Positions 1 to 8,477 of a stretch of DNA of 24,000 bases are shown piece by piece (positions within the stretch are counted from its first letter, which is position 1; the number at the start of each line of letters is the position of its first letter). Made by a program: the position numbers and the translations under genes. This stretch comes from an uncultured Bacillales bacterium (GTDB taxonomy: Bacteria; Bacillota; Bacilli; Paenibacillales; KCTC-25726), in assembly GCA_964514665.1 (NCBI GenBank), contig CAZESH010000026.1:1-24000 (forward strand), written 5' to 3'. The notes under the pieces were generated by a model. The model worked only from the letters and a program-made list of their open reading frames with translations, searched no databases and was not told the origin of the DNA.

Positions 1-1
1 G

Positions 2-229
2 TATAAACCCGATCCAAAATCATACACGGTGGTTTTAGAGAAAATGAATGTAACGCGGGAACAAGTGCTGTTTGTTTCCTCCAATCCGTGGGATGTAGCC
101 GGAGCGAAAAGTTTTGGGTTTCACGTGGCTTGGGTGAACCGGGTGAATCGAAAAATGGATGAGCTTGGTCTTCAACCGGATATCGAAATATCAGATCTCA
201 ATGGAATACTCCAGTATCTAAAAAATTGA
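2..229 (+). CDS. HAD-superfamily hydrolase, type II haloacid dehalogenase-like (C-terminal part; 5' end lies outside the window)
   Basis: The frame is open from the window edge. Translation YKPDPKSYTVVLEKMNV..VLFVSSNPWDVAGAKSFGFHVAWVNR matches the HAD motif III/IV region typical of L-2-haloacid dehalogenases. Stop codon at 227-229. Confidence 0.75.
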   Translation, partial: YKPDPKSYTVVLEKMNVTREQVLFVSSNPWDVAGAKSFGFHVAWVNRVNRKMDELGLQPDIEISDLNGILQYLKN

Positions 230-250
230 ATTTTTAGGAGGAAATTAAAA

Positions 251-604
251 ATGGGTAAAATTGCAATTTTGGTTCACGCTTCTGAATCGGAAGGAGCAAA
301 AGCACTGCATTCTTTATTATACGCACAGGAACTGCATGAAGCCGGACATGAAGTCCAAGTGATTTTTGACGGGGCTGGTACGGTATGGGTAAAGAAATTT
401 GAGGACCCTGAAAACAAATATAACCCGCTTTATAAATCGGTAAAAAATCTGGGAGTGATTACAGGTGCTTGTGAATACTGCGCCGGCGCTTTTGGGGTGA
501 AAAACGAAGTTCGCAAATCCGGGATTCGTTCACTTGGAGAAATAAACGGACATCCTAGTCTAGCCAGCTTGATTGCCAAAGATTTTCAGATCATTACATT
601 ATAA
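251..604 (+). CDS. DsrE/DsrF-like family protein (small sulfur-relay/peroxiredoxin-like fold)
   Basis: 117-aa ORF with an AGGAGG SD about 8 nt upstream of the ATG. Size and pattern (KIAILVHASE..., GxxVxVxFDGAG, C-terminal CEYC) are typical of DsrE-family proteins. Confidence 0.65.
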   Translation: MGKIAILVHASESEGAKALHSLLYAQELHEAGHEVQVIFDGAGTVWVKKFEDPENKYNPLYKSVKNLGVITGACEYCAGAFGVKNEVRKSGIRSLGEINGHPSLASLIAKDFQIITL

Positions 605-606
605 TA

Positions 607-816
607 GTCAATCATATTACGTTCGACGTGGATGATATTCATTCGTCGGTAAAAGAATTTACTTCGGCCGTCACAACATTTTTTGTAGAACCGGATTTTG
701 ACGAAGAAAATTATTTTGCTTTTGGGTTTGGCGCAAGCGGTGAAGGTATTGAACTATTTAAAAGGAATCTGCAACGACCGCAGGTTCTAGAAGGGGGCTG
801 CTTTCAGCCTCCTTAA
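607..816 (+). pseudogene. Glyoxalase/VOC-fold fragment, probable gene remnant
   Basis: Translation VNHITFDVDDIHSSVKEF... resembles the start of one beta-alpha-beta-beta-beta VOC module. Only about 65 codons are present, with no ATG and no SD; the frame opens right after the DsrE stop. Confidence 0.3.
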
Positions 817-994
817 AAAGTGTGATCAACTTTCGTCAATGCGAAAATCAAGAAACTTCGTGAAGCGTGTGCCCATAAGATATGCAGTATCCTGTAACTC
901 AATATTCGTTTTGGACAAAAAGGAGGTGTTGAATAAAGCAAGATTTGGATGAAGGTCGGGCTGCAAAGAATCGTGGAGAAAGATGATTTGAACA

Positions 995-1032
995 TAAAAA
1001 AGCCTGCAGTTTTATCGACTGCGGGCTTTTTT
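995..1032. terminator. Bidirectional rho-independent terminator
   Basis: Sequence is AAAAAAA-GCCTGCAG-ttttatcga-CTGCGGGC-TTTTTT. The stem is 8 bp (one G-U) with an A-run on one side and a T-run on the other. It lies 19 nt downstream of the minus-strand gene that ends at 1051. Confidence 0.7.
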
Positions 1033-1050
1033 GCGATGGGATTTATTTCA

Positions 1051-1476
1051 TTATTTCGCCAATGTTTTATAGACAATACCGGTTATCAAGCCATACACGA
1101 GATGGCCGACCAGGCTCATCATGCTTGCGGACGTAAATTGGAAGGCCATGTTGCCCATTCCCATCATCATCGGCATGAGAATGAAAGGAAACAGGAACCA
1201 AAGGATCACGCCAAAGACGAGTCCGGATACGACGCCGTTCCATTTGACTATACTTGCAAAAATGGTGAATACCATCCCAAAAATCAAACTGATCATCATA
1301 TGAATGATAAATCCTATGACTGCCGATTTGCTGCCCATCATACCGGCGATCGTCTGGAGCATGCCCATCATTGCCATCATACCCCCGAATACCAATCCTC
1401 CGAGCAAGCTTCCGGTAATACCGGCTTTCCAATTCAATCTTTTGCTGCTGACAACTTCCGTTTGCGCCATCATCAT
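1051..1476 (-). CDS. Met-rich integral membrane protein of unknown function
   Basis: The ORF spans 1051-1500 and has 4 predicted hydrophobic segments. By my count 22 of 149 residues are Met (MMAMMGM, LMPMMMGMGNM). AAGGAGG sits inside the first codons, just upstream of the ATG-ATG-ATG triplet at 1476-1468, so the real start is probably one of those ATGs rather than 1500. Confidence 0.7.
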   Translation of the reverse strand: MMMAQTEVVSSKRLNWKAGITGSLLGGLVFGGMMAMMGMLQTIAGMMGSKSAVIGFIIHMMISLIFGMVFTIFASIVKWNGVVSGLVFGVILWFLFPFILMPMMMGMGNMAFQFTSASMMSLVGHLVYGLITGIVYKTLAK

Positions 1477-1532
1477 TTCCTCCTTGTTTGGTTGAATCAT
1501 AACGCTTACATTGTAACCGTATATGGATTCAA

Positions 1533-1558
1533 GCTTCTGTAAGCTATCTTACAGAAGC
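1533..1558. promoter_or_regulatory. Perfect 10-bp inverted repeat (GCTTCTGTAA-N6-TTACAGAAGC) in a divergent intergenic region; candidate operator
   Basis: Read directly from the sequence. It lies between the minus-strand gene start (about 1476-1500) and the ABC operon start (1614). No T-run follows it on either strand, so a terminator is unlikely. Confidence 0.35.
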
Positions 1559-1613
1559 AATTTGCTCATTTGATTAAGATAAAAATAATCATAGAAATCA
1601 TAGTTGAACAGGA

Positions 1614-2867
1614 GTGGAAAATTTGAATCGAAAAGTAATCATTATGCTGCTTTCCATTTTGCTGATTTTCGGAGCAGTGGCTGCGGGATGTTCTACTGAA
1701 AAAAAGAAAACGTCTGCAGATTTGTTAAATGCCAGGTGGGATCACATTGCGGCCCAGGCTAAAGGCCAGAAGGTGAACCTGCATATGTGGGGAGGCAGCG
1801 ATACGATCAACCGTTACATTGACGAATGGGTTGCACCGCGACTGAAGCAAGCAGCAGGAGTGGAACTGCACCGTGTGCCGGTGAACGACACCAAAGATAT
1901 TATAAATCAACTGCTTGATGAAAAACAGGCGGGGAAATCGAGCGGAAGTGTGGACATTGTCTGGATGAATGGGGAGAATTTCAAAGCGGCCAAAGATAAC
2001 CGCTTATTGTGGGGATCTTTCGCTTCAAAATTGCCCATGGTCCAAGAATATGTGGATATGAAGGCGCCGGATATTGCAAGTGACTTTGGTGAACCGACGA
2101 ATGGTTTGGAAGCGCCTTGGGGGAAAGCACAATTCGTCTTTGCCTATGATTCCGCAAAAATTCCAAATCCGCCAAAGTCGATGGAAGATTTGCTTGCATG
2201 GGTGAAGAAAAACCCGGGAAAATTCACTTACCCGGCTCCTCCGGATTTTACAGGCAGCGCCTTTGTCCGCCAAACGATGTATGAAACAACAGGAGGGTAT
2301 GAACCGTACATGAAGCCCTTGAATGACAAAGCTTTTGAAGCCAAACTATCCCCGCTTTGGGCTTATTTGAAGAACATCAAACCGTATCTGTGGCGGGAAG
2401 GAAAGACATATCCGGAAAGTCTGGCTAAATTGAATCAGCTCTACACAAACGGCGAGGTATGGATGACAATGAGCTACGATCCGGCAAGTGCATCCAGTGC
2501 TGTGAACAAAGGGACATTTCCGAAGACGACACGCACGTTTGTCTTGGATGGAGGGACGCTTTCGAATACCCATTATCTTTCTATTCCCTTTAATGCACCG
2601 CATCCGGCCGGAGCGATGGCAACGATTGATTTCTTGCTTTCACCGGACGCGCAGATTGCCAAAAATGACCCGGCGCATTGGGGGGATATGACTTCGCTTG
2701 ATCCAAAAAAATTATCTGAGGCTGACCGGCAGCGTCTGTTATCGCTCGATCTGGGAGTCGCCACGTTGCCCGCGTCTGTCTTAGCCAGCCATCGGCTGCC
2801 CGAAATCCCCTCAAAGTATGTGGATGTATTGGAAAAGGCGTGGACGGATGATGTGGCGAAGAAGTAA
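1614..2867 (+). CDS. ABC transporter substrate-binding lipoprotein, YnjB-like family
   Basis: Signal peptide with lipobox (LLIFGAVAAGCS). The block NLHMWGGSDTINRYIDEWV...GSVDIVWMNGENF resembles E. coli YnjB-type binding proteins. A TTG at 1623 has better spacing to the GGAG at 1611 than the GTG at 1614. Confidence 0.85.
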   Translation: MENLNRKVIIMLLSILLIFGAVAAGCSTEKKKTSADLLNARWDHIAAQAKGQKVNLHMWGGSDTINRYIDEWVAPRLKQAAGVELHRVPVNDTKDIINQLLDEKQAGKSSGSVDIVWMNGENFKAAKDNRLLWGSFASKLPMVQEYVDMKAPDIASDFGEPTNGLEAPWGKAQFVFAYDSAKIPNPPKSMEDLLAWVKKNPGKFTYPAPPDFTGSAFVRQTMYETTGGYEPYMKPLNDKAFEAKLSPLWAYLKNIKPYLWREGKTYPESLAKLNQLYTNGEVWMTMSYDPASASSAVNKGTFPKTTRTFVLDGGTLSNTHYLSIPFNAPHPAGAMATIDFLLSPDAQIAKNDPAHWGDMTSLDPKKLSEADRQRLLSLDLGVATLPASVLASHRLPEIPSKYVDVLEKAWTDDVAKK

Positions 2868-3738
2868 ACCGTATGTATTCGTTTTGCCGGCAGTGATCGT
2901 GATGATCGCATTATTCTATACCGGCTTGTTACAAGGATTGATCCAAAGCCTGGGTTTTTTCCCTGCGGCGGGTCAATTCGATGTTTCACCGAATGCCTAC
3001 AAAGTGCTGCTGCAATCGGCTGACTTTTGGCATTCCTTGCGCATGACGATACGCATTTCGTTCCTATCCACGGCGGCGGCAGCAGTGCTGGGCATATTTG
3101 CGGCCATCTGTTTATTTATGATCGGAAGCAGCAGGAAATTTCAGGACTATCCGTTCTGGCAACGCTTCTTCCAACTGCCTCTCGTCGTTCCCCATTTAGC
3201 GGGTGCGTATATGATGGTGCTATTATTCATGCAAAGCGGATGGTTTTCGCGGATGTTTTATGCCTTTGGATGGACCGACCGGCTCTCGGATTTTCCGGTG
3301 ATGATCAATGAACCGTTCGGGTGGGGGATCATTCTCGCCTACGCATGGAAGGAAGCTCCTTTTATCGCTTTAATGGTCTATCCCGTCCTGCTTCGCATAC
3401 ACGGCTCCTGGTTTGAGGTTTCAAAAGTGTTCGGGGCGAATTCGTGGAAGTTTGTCCAGCAGATTGTGCTTCCCTTATTATTGCCGACCTGGCTTTCGGC
3501 CTCTTTTATTGTTTATGCCTTTTCGTTTTCTGCATTTGAAGTGCCTTTTTTGTTGGGCGTAACGTACCCGAAAATGCTCCCGGTATTATCTTACGACTAT
3601 TATTCAAGCGGTCAATTATCCATGCGGCCTGAAGCTCTGGCGGTGAATGTCATTTTGGCATTCATCACAATTGTATTGGGCTTGATCGCCTATCGGTTGG
3701 GGAAAAGATGGCGGATCGATGAAGGGAGTCGGTGGTGA
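2848..3738 (+). CDS. ABC transporter permease (first membrane subunit)
   Basis: Six predicted hydrophobic segments and an EAA-like loop (WKEAPFIALMVYP). The ATG at 2848/2851 overlaps the end of the binding-protein gene. The ORF track begins at 2818, but that would imply a longer overlap. Confidence 0.85.
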   Translation: MMWRRSKPYVFVLPAVIVMIALFYTGLLQGLIQSLGFFPAAGQFDVSPNAYKVLLQSADFWHSLRMTIRISFLSTAAAAVLGIFAAICLFMIGSSRKFQDYPFWQRFFQLPLVVPHLAGAYMMVLLFMQSGWFSRMFYAFGWTDRLSDFPVMINEPFGWGIILAYAWKEAPFIALMVYPVLLRIHGSWFEVSKVFGANSWKFVQQIVLPLLLPTWLSASFIVYAFSFSAFEVPFLLGVTYPKMLPVLSYDYYSSGQLSMRPEALAVNVILAFITIVLGLIAYRLGKRWRIDEGSRW

Positions 3739-4550
3739 CGGGTTCCAAGATCATCCATGTTTTACACGTAACCATGACGGTGTTCCTATTGATTTTCATG
3801 GCCATTCCGTTTGTGCCGCTTGTGTTGTCCAGCTTCTCCTCGGGGTGGACATGGCCGGAGGTGTTTCCTCGTGATATGTCCATTCGGGCATGGAACTATA
3901 TACTTTCAGGCAGTTCCGGTACGGGGACTGCAGTGGGAACGAGTTTGATCATTGCATTGACGGTGACATGCATCAATCTGTTTTTGGCGGTTCCGGCAGC
4001 GGATGTGCTGGCCCGATCGGAATTTCCGGGGAAGCGAGTCATCGAAGGTTTACTGTTTGCTCCGATTATCATTCCGCCCTTTATTGCGGTGATGGGACTT
4101 CATACGACGTTTATTCGCTTGGGTATGACCGAATCCATAGCAGGGGTCATTTTCGTACATCTGGTTCCAACGCTGCCTTACATGATTCGCGCTCTGACTG
4201 TCAGCTTCAGTACCTTGGGATTCCAATGGGAAGACCAAGGCCGCATGCTTGGAGCGGGAGCCATGCAGCGTTTTCTTCATATCGTATGGCCGCACATTTT
4301 ACCGGGGGTGATCGCCGGCTCCAGCTTGAGCATCCTGATTTCATTAAGCCAGTATTTGATTACGTTTCTGGTTGGCGGCGGACAGGTTCTGACGCTGCCC
4401 TTAATCTTGTTCCCGTTCATTAACGGCGGGGATCCTGCGATTGGTTCGGCATATACCATTGTCTTCGCGGGAATGGCCGCTTTCGCTTTGTGGGGGATGG
4501 ATGTGCTGCTGAAAAGATATTACGGGAAAAGGTTGACGGTACACGTATAA
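3735..4550 (+). CDS. ABC transporter permease (second membrane subunit)
   Basis: GTG start overlaps the upstream stop (GTGA). EAA loop is EDQGRMLGAGAMQRFLHIVWPHILPG. The protein is polytopic. Confidence 0.85.
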   Translation: MTGSKIIHVLHVTMTVFLLIFMAIPFVPLVLSSFSSGWTWPEVFPRDMSIRAWNYILSGSSGTGTAVGTSLIIALTVTCINLFLAVPAADVLARSEFPGKRVIEGLLFAPIIIPPFIAVMGLHTTFIRLGMTESIAGVIFVHLVPTLPYMIRALTVSFSTLGFQWEDQGRMLGAGAMQRFLHIVWPHILPGVIAGSSLSILISLSQYLITFLVGGGQVLTLPLILFPFINGGDPAIGSAYTIVFAGMAAFALWGMDVLLKRYYGKRLTVHV

Positions 4551-4563
4551 AAAGGAGGCCGAC

Positions 4564-5652
4564 ATGTCCAAGCTGCAAATCTCAAACTTGCAAAAACGTT
4601 ATGACAAAAAACATCCGAAACAACATGAACCGGCAGCTTTCACCCTTCAACCTCTAAGCCTGACGATTGAGGATGGAGAATTTCTTGCGATACTCGGTCC
4701 TTCCGGATGCGGCAAAACCACACTGTTGAAATTGGTGGCCGGTCTATTGGCACCGGACGAAGGGGAGATCATTTATCATCATCGCAAGATGCATACGGTC
4801 CCGGCTGAAAAAAGAGGGTTCGGCATGGTGTTCCAGCAGGCGCTTTTGTTTCCGCATATGACCGTGGAAGAAAATGTGGCGTTCGGTTTGAAGATGCAAG
4901 GGGTGGGCAAAAAAGAACGGCTTCAAAAAGCGGAAGAGATACTCGCTTCAGTCGGCTTGAATGGGATGGGAAGCCGCTCTCCTTCCGTGTTAAGCGGAGG
5001 CCAGCAGCAGCGGGTTTCCCTCGCTCGGGGTTTTCTTTCCGGCTCCAAAGTGCTCCTGATGGACGAACCGTTCAGCGCGCTTGACCCCGGCCTGCGTGAA
5101 GAGATGAGGGAATTGCTGGGCAAACTCCATCAAAAACATCGCATGACCGTGTTTTTTGTCACCCATGACCGGGAAGAAGCCTTCATTCTGGCAGATCGCA
5201 TCGGCGTCATGAACAACGGAAGTCTCATGCAGGTCGGGACCCCTGAAGAATTGTATATGCGGCCGAACCATCCGGAGGTTGCTCTATTTATGGGGGCCAA
5301 AAATGTGATTCCGGGGGAAATGAAAGATGGGGTATTCCATTGTGCGGATTTTGAGTTGAAGCTTTCAGAGGCAAATGGAACGACAGAAGGCTTGGGATGG
5401 TTGATGATTCGCCCGGAAATTCTTGAACTTTCCCAAGAAACCTCAGGTCTGCAATCCTGTCCATACATCCGTTATCTTCATGGAATCATTAAACAGATCA
5501 CCTTTCGGCAGGGATTTTATTATCTGAAGGTAGAGAGCGGTTCAATTATGCTCGATATGATGGGAAAGCAGTTGCACGATCGTCCATTGCGCAGGGGTGA
5601 AGCCTCTTGCTTGCAATTGGATGTTCGTCAGACTTATTTTATACGAGAATGA
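4564..5652 (+). CDS. ABC transporter ATP-binding protein with a C-terminal regulatory (TOBE-like) extension
   Basis: Walker A GPSGCGKTT, Q-loop, signature LSGGQQQRV, Walker B LLMDEPFSALD and H-loop VTHD. GGAGG lies 5 nt upstream of the ATG. Confidence 0.9.
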   Translation: MSKLQISNLQKRYDKKHPKQHEPAAFTLQPLSLTIEDGEFLAILGPSGCGKTTLLKLVAGLLAPDEGEIIYHHRKMHTVPAEKRGFGMVFQQALLFPHMTVEENVAFGLKMQGVGKKERLQKAEEILASVGLNGMGSRSPSVLSGGQQQRVSLARGFLSGSKVLLMDEPFSALDPGLREEMRELLGKLHQKHRMTVFFVTHDREEAFILADRIGVMNNGSLMQVGTPEELYMRPNHPEVALFMGAKNVIPGEMKDGVFHCADFELKLSEANGTTEGLGWLMIRPEILELSQETSGLQSCPYIRYLHGIIKQITFRQGFYYLKVESGSIMLDMMGKQLHDRPLRRGEASCLQLDVRQTYFIRE

Positions 5653-5671
5653 TCAGAAAGGATGGATCGGA

Positions 5672-6259
5672 ATGCTGGATACGCACGCACGCCATTTCGT
5701 ACAACCGTTGATTGGATCGACGGCAAAAGCATTGCTCAGACTGGGGATGACTGCCAATCAAGTGACTTGGATTGCGTTTGGTTTGGGTTTGTTTTCCGGG
5801 GCTTTGATTGTGATCGAACATCCCTGGTTGGCGGTCATCGTGCTGTGGATTTCCGGGTATTTGGATGCCGTTGACGGTTCAATGGCGCGATTGCGGAATC
5901 GATCCAGCGCATGGGGAACACTGCTCGATATCACCTTTGACCGCATTGTAGAGCTGTCCGTTATTATTGGATTGGCTGCATTATATCCGGATTCGCATTT
6001 TCTTCTGCTGATATTGACCGCTTCAATCGTGTTTTCCATGACCGTGTTTTTAACCGTCGGTGCGCTGACGGACAAGAAGGGGATGAAGTCGTTTTATTAT
6101 CAGGCCGGACTTGCCGAACGAACGGAAGGTTTTATTTTATTTACCTTAATGATCGTATTTCATCAGGGGCTCCTGTGGCTGACGGGCATCTTTATCGCGG
6201 TGGAGATATTCACGGCACTGCAGCGAATGTATGAAGCCCGACATATCTTAAAGGACTGA
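5672..6259 (+). CDS. CDP-alcohol phosphatidyltransferase family protein
   Basis: Exact family motif D-x2-DG-x2-AR-x8-G-x3-D-x3-D, seen as DAVDGSMARLRNRSSAWGTLLDITFD. Multiple TM segments. The ATG at 5672 follows AAAGGATGG; the upstream extension to 5597 in the ORF track overlaps the ATPase gene. Confidence 0.85.
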   Translation: MLDTHARHFVQPLIGSTAKALLRLGMTANQVTWIAFGLGLFSGALIVIEHPWLAVIVLWISGYLDAVDGSMARLRNRSSAWGTLLDITFDRIVELSVIIGLAALYPDSHFLLLILTASIVFSMTVFLTVGALTDKKGMKSFYYQAGLAERTEGFILFTLMIVFHQGLLWLTGIFIAVEIFTALQRMYEARHILKD

Positions 6260-6263
6260 TTCG

Positions 6264-6953
6264 ATGAAAAATGCCCGATTTCGATGGAAATGGATTGGAT
6301 TGTTCGCGGTACTAGGGGGCGTGATCCTCGGTATTGTTCTTGAACCCTCCTGGTGGCGGGACATCACGTCTTTGTTTTCGGCAAACTCTCTGGATCGTGT
6401 AGCTGCATTTTTGCGCTCGTTCGGGTGGTGGGCCGCCGCGGTAAGCATCGGGTTGATGATATTTCAAGCGGTCGCTGCCCCGCTGCCCTCCTTTTTGATC
6501 GCGGCAGCAAACGGCATAGTATTCGGGGTGTTCTGGGGAAGCATCATCTCCTGGCTGGGCGGAATGGCTGGAGCAGCAGTGAATTTTTATCTGGCCAAAT
6601 GGCTGGGCTATCCTTTTGTCGCCAAAGCAACGAAGAAAACCGATCTGTTGAAAAAGGTCGATGAATACAGCGGCAAAAACGGATTTTTCATCATTTTGGC
6701 TGCGAGACTGATTCCTATCATATCGTTTGACTTCGTCAGTTTTTTGGCGGGGTTAAGTAAAATCGGCGGGTCGCCTTTTCTGATCGCTACAGGAATCGGA
6801 CAGATTCCGGGCACGATTTTGTATGTTGTCGTCGGGCATGATTTGGCCCACCTGCAGCAGTATCAAACCCGGCTGATTATCATTAGTGTGATTCTCATTG
6901 CCATCGTCATTCTGGGAAAATCGTGGGGAGTCCGAAGAGGAAAAGACCAGTAG
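6264..6953 (+). CDS. TVP38/TMEM64 (DedA-superfamily, VTT/SNARE-associated domain) membrane protein
   Basis: 229-aa polytopic protein with the typical pattern ...AVAAPLPSFLIAAANGIVFG...ARLIPIISFDFVSFLAGLS. It starts 5 nt after the preceding stop. Confidence 0.8.
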   Translation: MKNARFRWKWIGLFAVLGGVILGIVLEPSWWRDITSLFSANSLDRVAAFLRSFGWWAAAVSIGLMIFQAVAAPLPSFLIAAANGIVFGVFWGSIISWLGGMAGAAVNFYLAKWLGYPFVAKATKKTDLLKKVDEYSGKNGFFIILAARLIPIISFDFVSFLAGLSKIGGSPFLIATGIGQIPGTILYVVVGHDLAHLQQYQTRLIIISVILIAIVILGKSWGVRRGKDQ

Positions 6954-7002
6954 ATCGTACAGGTGGCATTTTTCGAGTCTATGAGAAAGGAAGGCAGCCT
7001 CT

Positions 7003-7488
7003 ATGTTTTATGGAATTACATGCTTATTGTTTTGCATTGATTTTTTTACGAAGCAATGGATGCAATCCCACCTGAATTTGAATGATACAGTCAATGTCAT
7101 CCCCGGTTGGATTCAGTGGCATCTCATTCATAATTCCGGCGCAAGTTTTGGCGTGTTATCGGGATACACACAACTTTTGAGAGTGGTGAGTTTCACTGCT
7201 ATTTTGATCATTCATTATTTGTATCGGAAAATGGAGATGAAGTCTATTCTGGTAAATGTTGGGTTTTCTCTCGTCATTAGCGGAGCGATTGGGAATTTTA
7301 TTGATCGTTTGCGATTTGGTTATGTGATCGATTTTATTGAATTCCGCTGGTGGCCGGCTATATTTAATGCTGCAGATATGGAAATTCGCTCAGGGGTCGT
7401 CCTTTTAATTTGGCTGTTTATAATAAAGGGGGATGCAGTTTTTGAAAGTAAAATTGTATGTCAGCGAGCATTGCAGAAGGTGCAGTGA
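7003..7488 (+). CDS. lspA: Lipoprotein signal peptidase (signal peptidase II)
   Basis: Family motifs NSGASFG, GNFIDR, VIDF and FNAADMEI (both catalytic Asp regions). Four TM segments; SD is AAAGGAAGG. Confidence 0.85.
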   Translation: MFYGITCLLFCIDFFTKQWMQSHLNLNDTVNVIPGWIQWHLIHNSGASFGVLSGYTQLLRVVSFTAILIIHYLYRKMEMKSILVNVGFSLVISGAIGNFIDRLRFGYVIDFIEFRWWPAIFNAADMEIRSGVVLLIWLFIIKGDAVFESKIVCQRALQKVQ

Positions 7489-7675
7489 AGTGAGACAATA
7501 TTTTGCAAAGAAAGGAATTCAAACGGAAGAAGTCGATGTGACGCACGATCAAACAAAATTCGATGAAATGTTGTCACTAGGCGGCATCGCGACACCACTG
7601 ATTGTTATTGAAGATCAAGTGGTCCACAACTGCGAACCGGCGAAGCTCGATAAAATAATGGAGGGATTCCATTGA
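7442..7675 (+). CDS. Glutaredoxin/NrdH-like thioredoxin-fold protein (CxxC = CRRC)
   Basis: The pattern KLYVSEHCRRCSEVRQYFAKKGIQTEEVDV...GGIATPLIVIEDQVV fits a Grx-like fold. The ORF opens at ATG 7433, but AAAGGGGG abuts that ATG, so the TTG at 7442 is better spaced. The gene overlaps the lspA 3' end. Confidence 0.7.
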   Translation: MKVKLYVSEHCRRCSEVRQYFAKKGIQTEEVDVTHDQTKFDEMLSLGGIATPLIVIEDQVVHNCEPAKLDKIMEGFH

Positions 7676-8352
7676 ATAAATTATGGTATTTGTCACAGAT
7701 CAGCTTATTGGATGCGTTGCCTATGGAAGATTTAATGGAAATTGAAAAAATGGCGCCGATGAGCACGATTAAAAAGGGGACATTGCTTCAAACCCCGGAG
7801 ACGTTCCGTGAAGGCCTCTATTTTTTAAAAAAAGGAAAGTTGAAGTTATATAAAATCAATGCCGAAGGAAAACAATTTATTGTCAGCATTTTGGGAGAAG
7901 GGAATGTATTTGGGGAAATCGATTCTTTCTCTTTGGGAACAAAATATACCTTTATCGAATCAATGGATGACACGTTGTTATGTTCAATGGGGAAGGAGCA
8001 TTTTGAACAATTTTTAATGGACAGACCCCAGTTGGCTTTGAAAATGTTGCAGGAATTGAGCGCGTTGCTGAAAGAACGGGATGCTTTGCTCGCGCAATTG
8101 GCCATGGGAGATGTGAGAGACAAAGTACTGCACTTGCTGTTAAAGCTTGCAGAAAAGTTCGGAGTTGTCGAAGACGGCATGTATAAAATTGATGTACCGC
8201 TTTCACACCAGGAAATTGCGAATATGATCGGATCAAGCCGGGAAACGGTTACGGTGGTATTGAATGAACTGGTGAAGGAAGAAGTAATCAAGACCGGTCG
8301 CATGTCCATTACAATCGACTTGCCTAAAGCGAAGGATTATTTGAGCGAGTAA
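7672..8352 (+). CDS. Crp/Fnr-family transcriptional regulator
   Basis: N-terminal cNMP-binding-type beta-barrel (GEGNVFGEID) and C-terminal HTH (SHQEIANMIGSSRETVTVVLNEL). The TTG start overlaps the upstream TGA. There is no N-terminal Cys cluster, so it is not a classical FNR oxygen sensor. Confidence 0.85.
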   Translation: MNKLWYLSQISLLDALPMEDLMEIEKMAPMSTIKKGTLLQTPETFREGLYFLKKGKLKLYKINAEGKQFIVSILGEGNVFGEIDSFSLGTKYTFIESMDDTLLCSMGKEHFEQFLMDRPQLALKMLQELSALLKERDALLAQLAMGDVRDKVLHLLLKLAEKFGVVEDGMYKIDVPLSHQEIANMIGSSRETVTVVLNELVKEEVIKTGRMSITIDLPKAKDYLSE

Positions 8353-8477
8353 CTTTATCCGCTCCGATATAAAATTAATCCTGAATTTGCGCCGCGATCC
8401 GTGCATCGTTCTAGCTGGCACAAAGGTTTGGCAGCGGCAAACGCATCATGCCGGTCCTTGACAAGATTGGCTGTTCT

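Noticed and set aside
949-1542. 197-aa plus-strand ORF rich in His (HHHRHE, HHCHH)
   Set aside because: It is the antisense of the Met-rich membrane gene, because ATG codons read as CAT. It has no SD, an odd hydrophilic composition, and it runs through the bidirectional terminator region. The minus-strand ORF has TM segments and an AAGGAGG site.
2573-2989. 138-aa minus-strand ORF spanning the binding-protein/permease junction, plus other antisense or alternative-frame ORFs in 1725-5468 (for example 3890-4423 +, 5130-5468 -)
   Set aside because: All overlap ABC-transporter genes that carry diagnostic motifs. None has a recognisable domain pattern or an SD.
5597-5671. Upstream extension of the CDP-alcohol phosphatidyltransferase ORF
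   Set aside because: It would overlap the ATPase gene by 56 nt. The ATG at 5672 has a properly spaced SD and gives a typical family N-terminus.
7818-8309. 163-aa and 94-aa minus-strand ORFs inside the Crp/Fnr gene
   Set aside because: These are shadow ORFs in AT-rich coding DNA. The plus-strand frame has clear cNMP-binding and HTH motifs.
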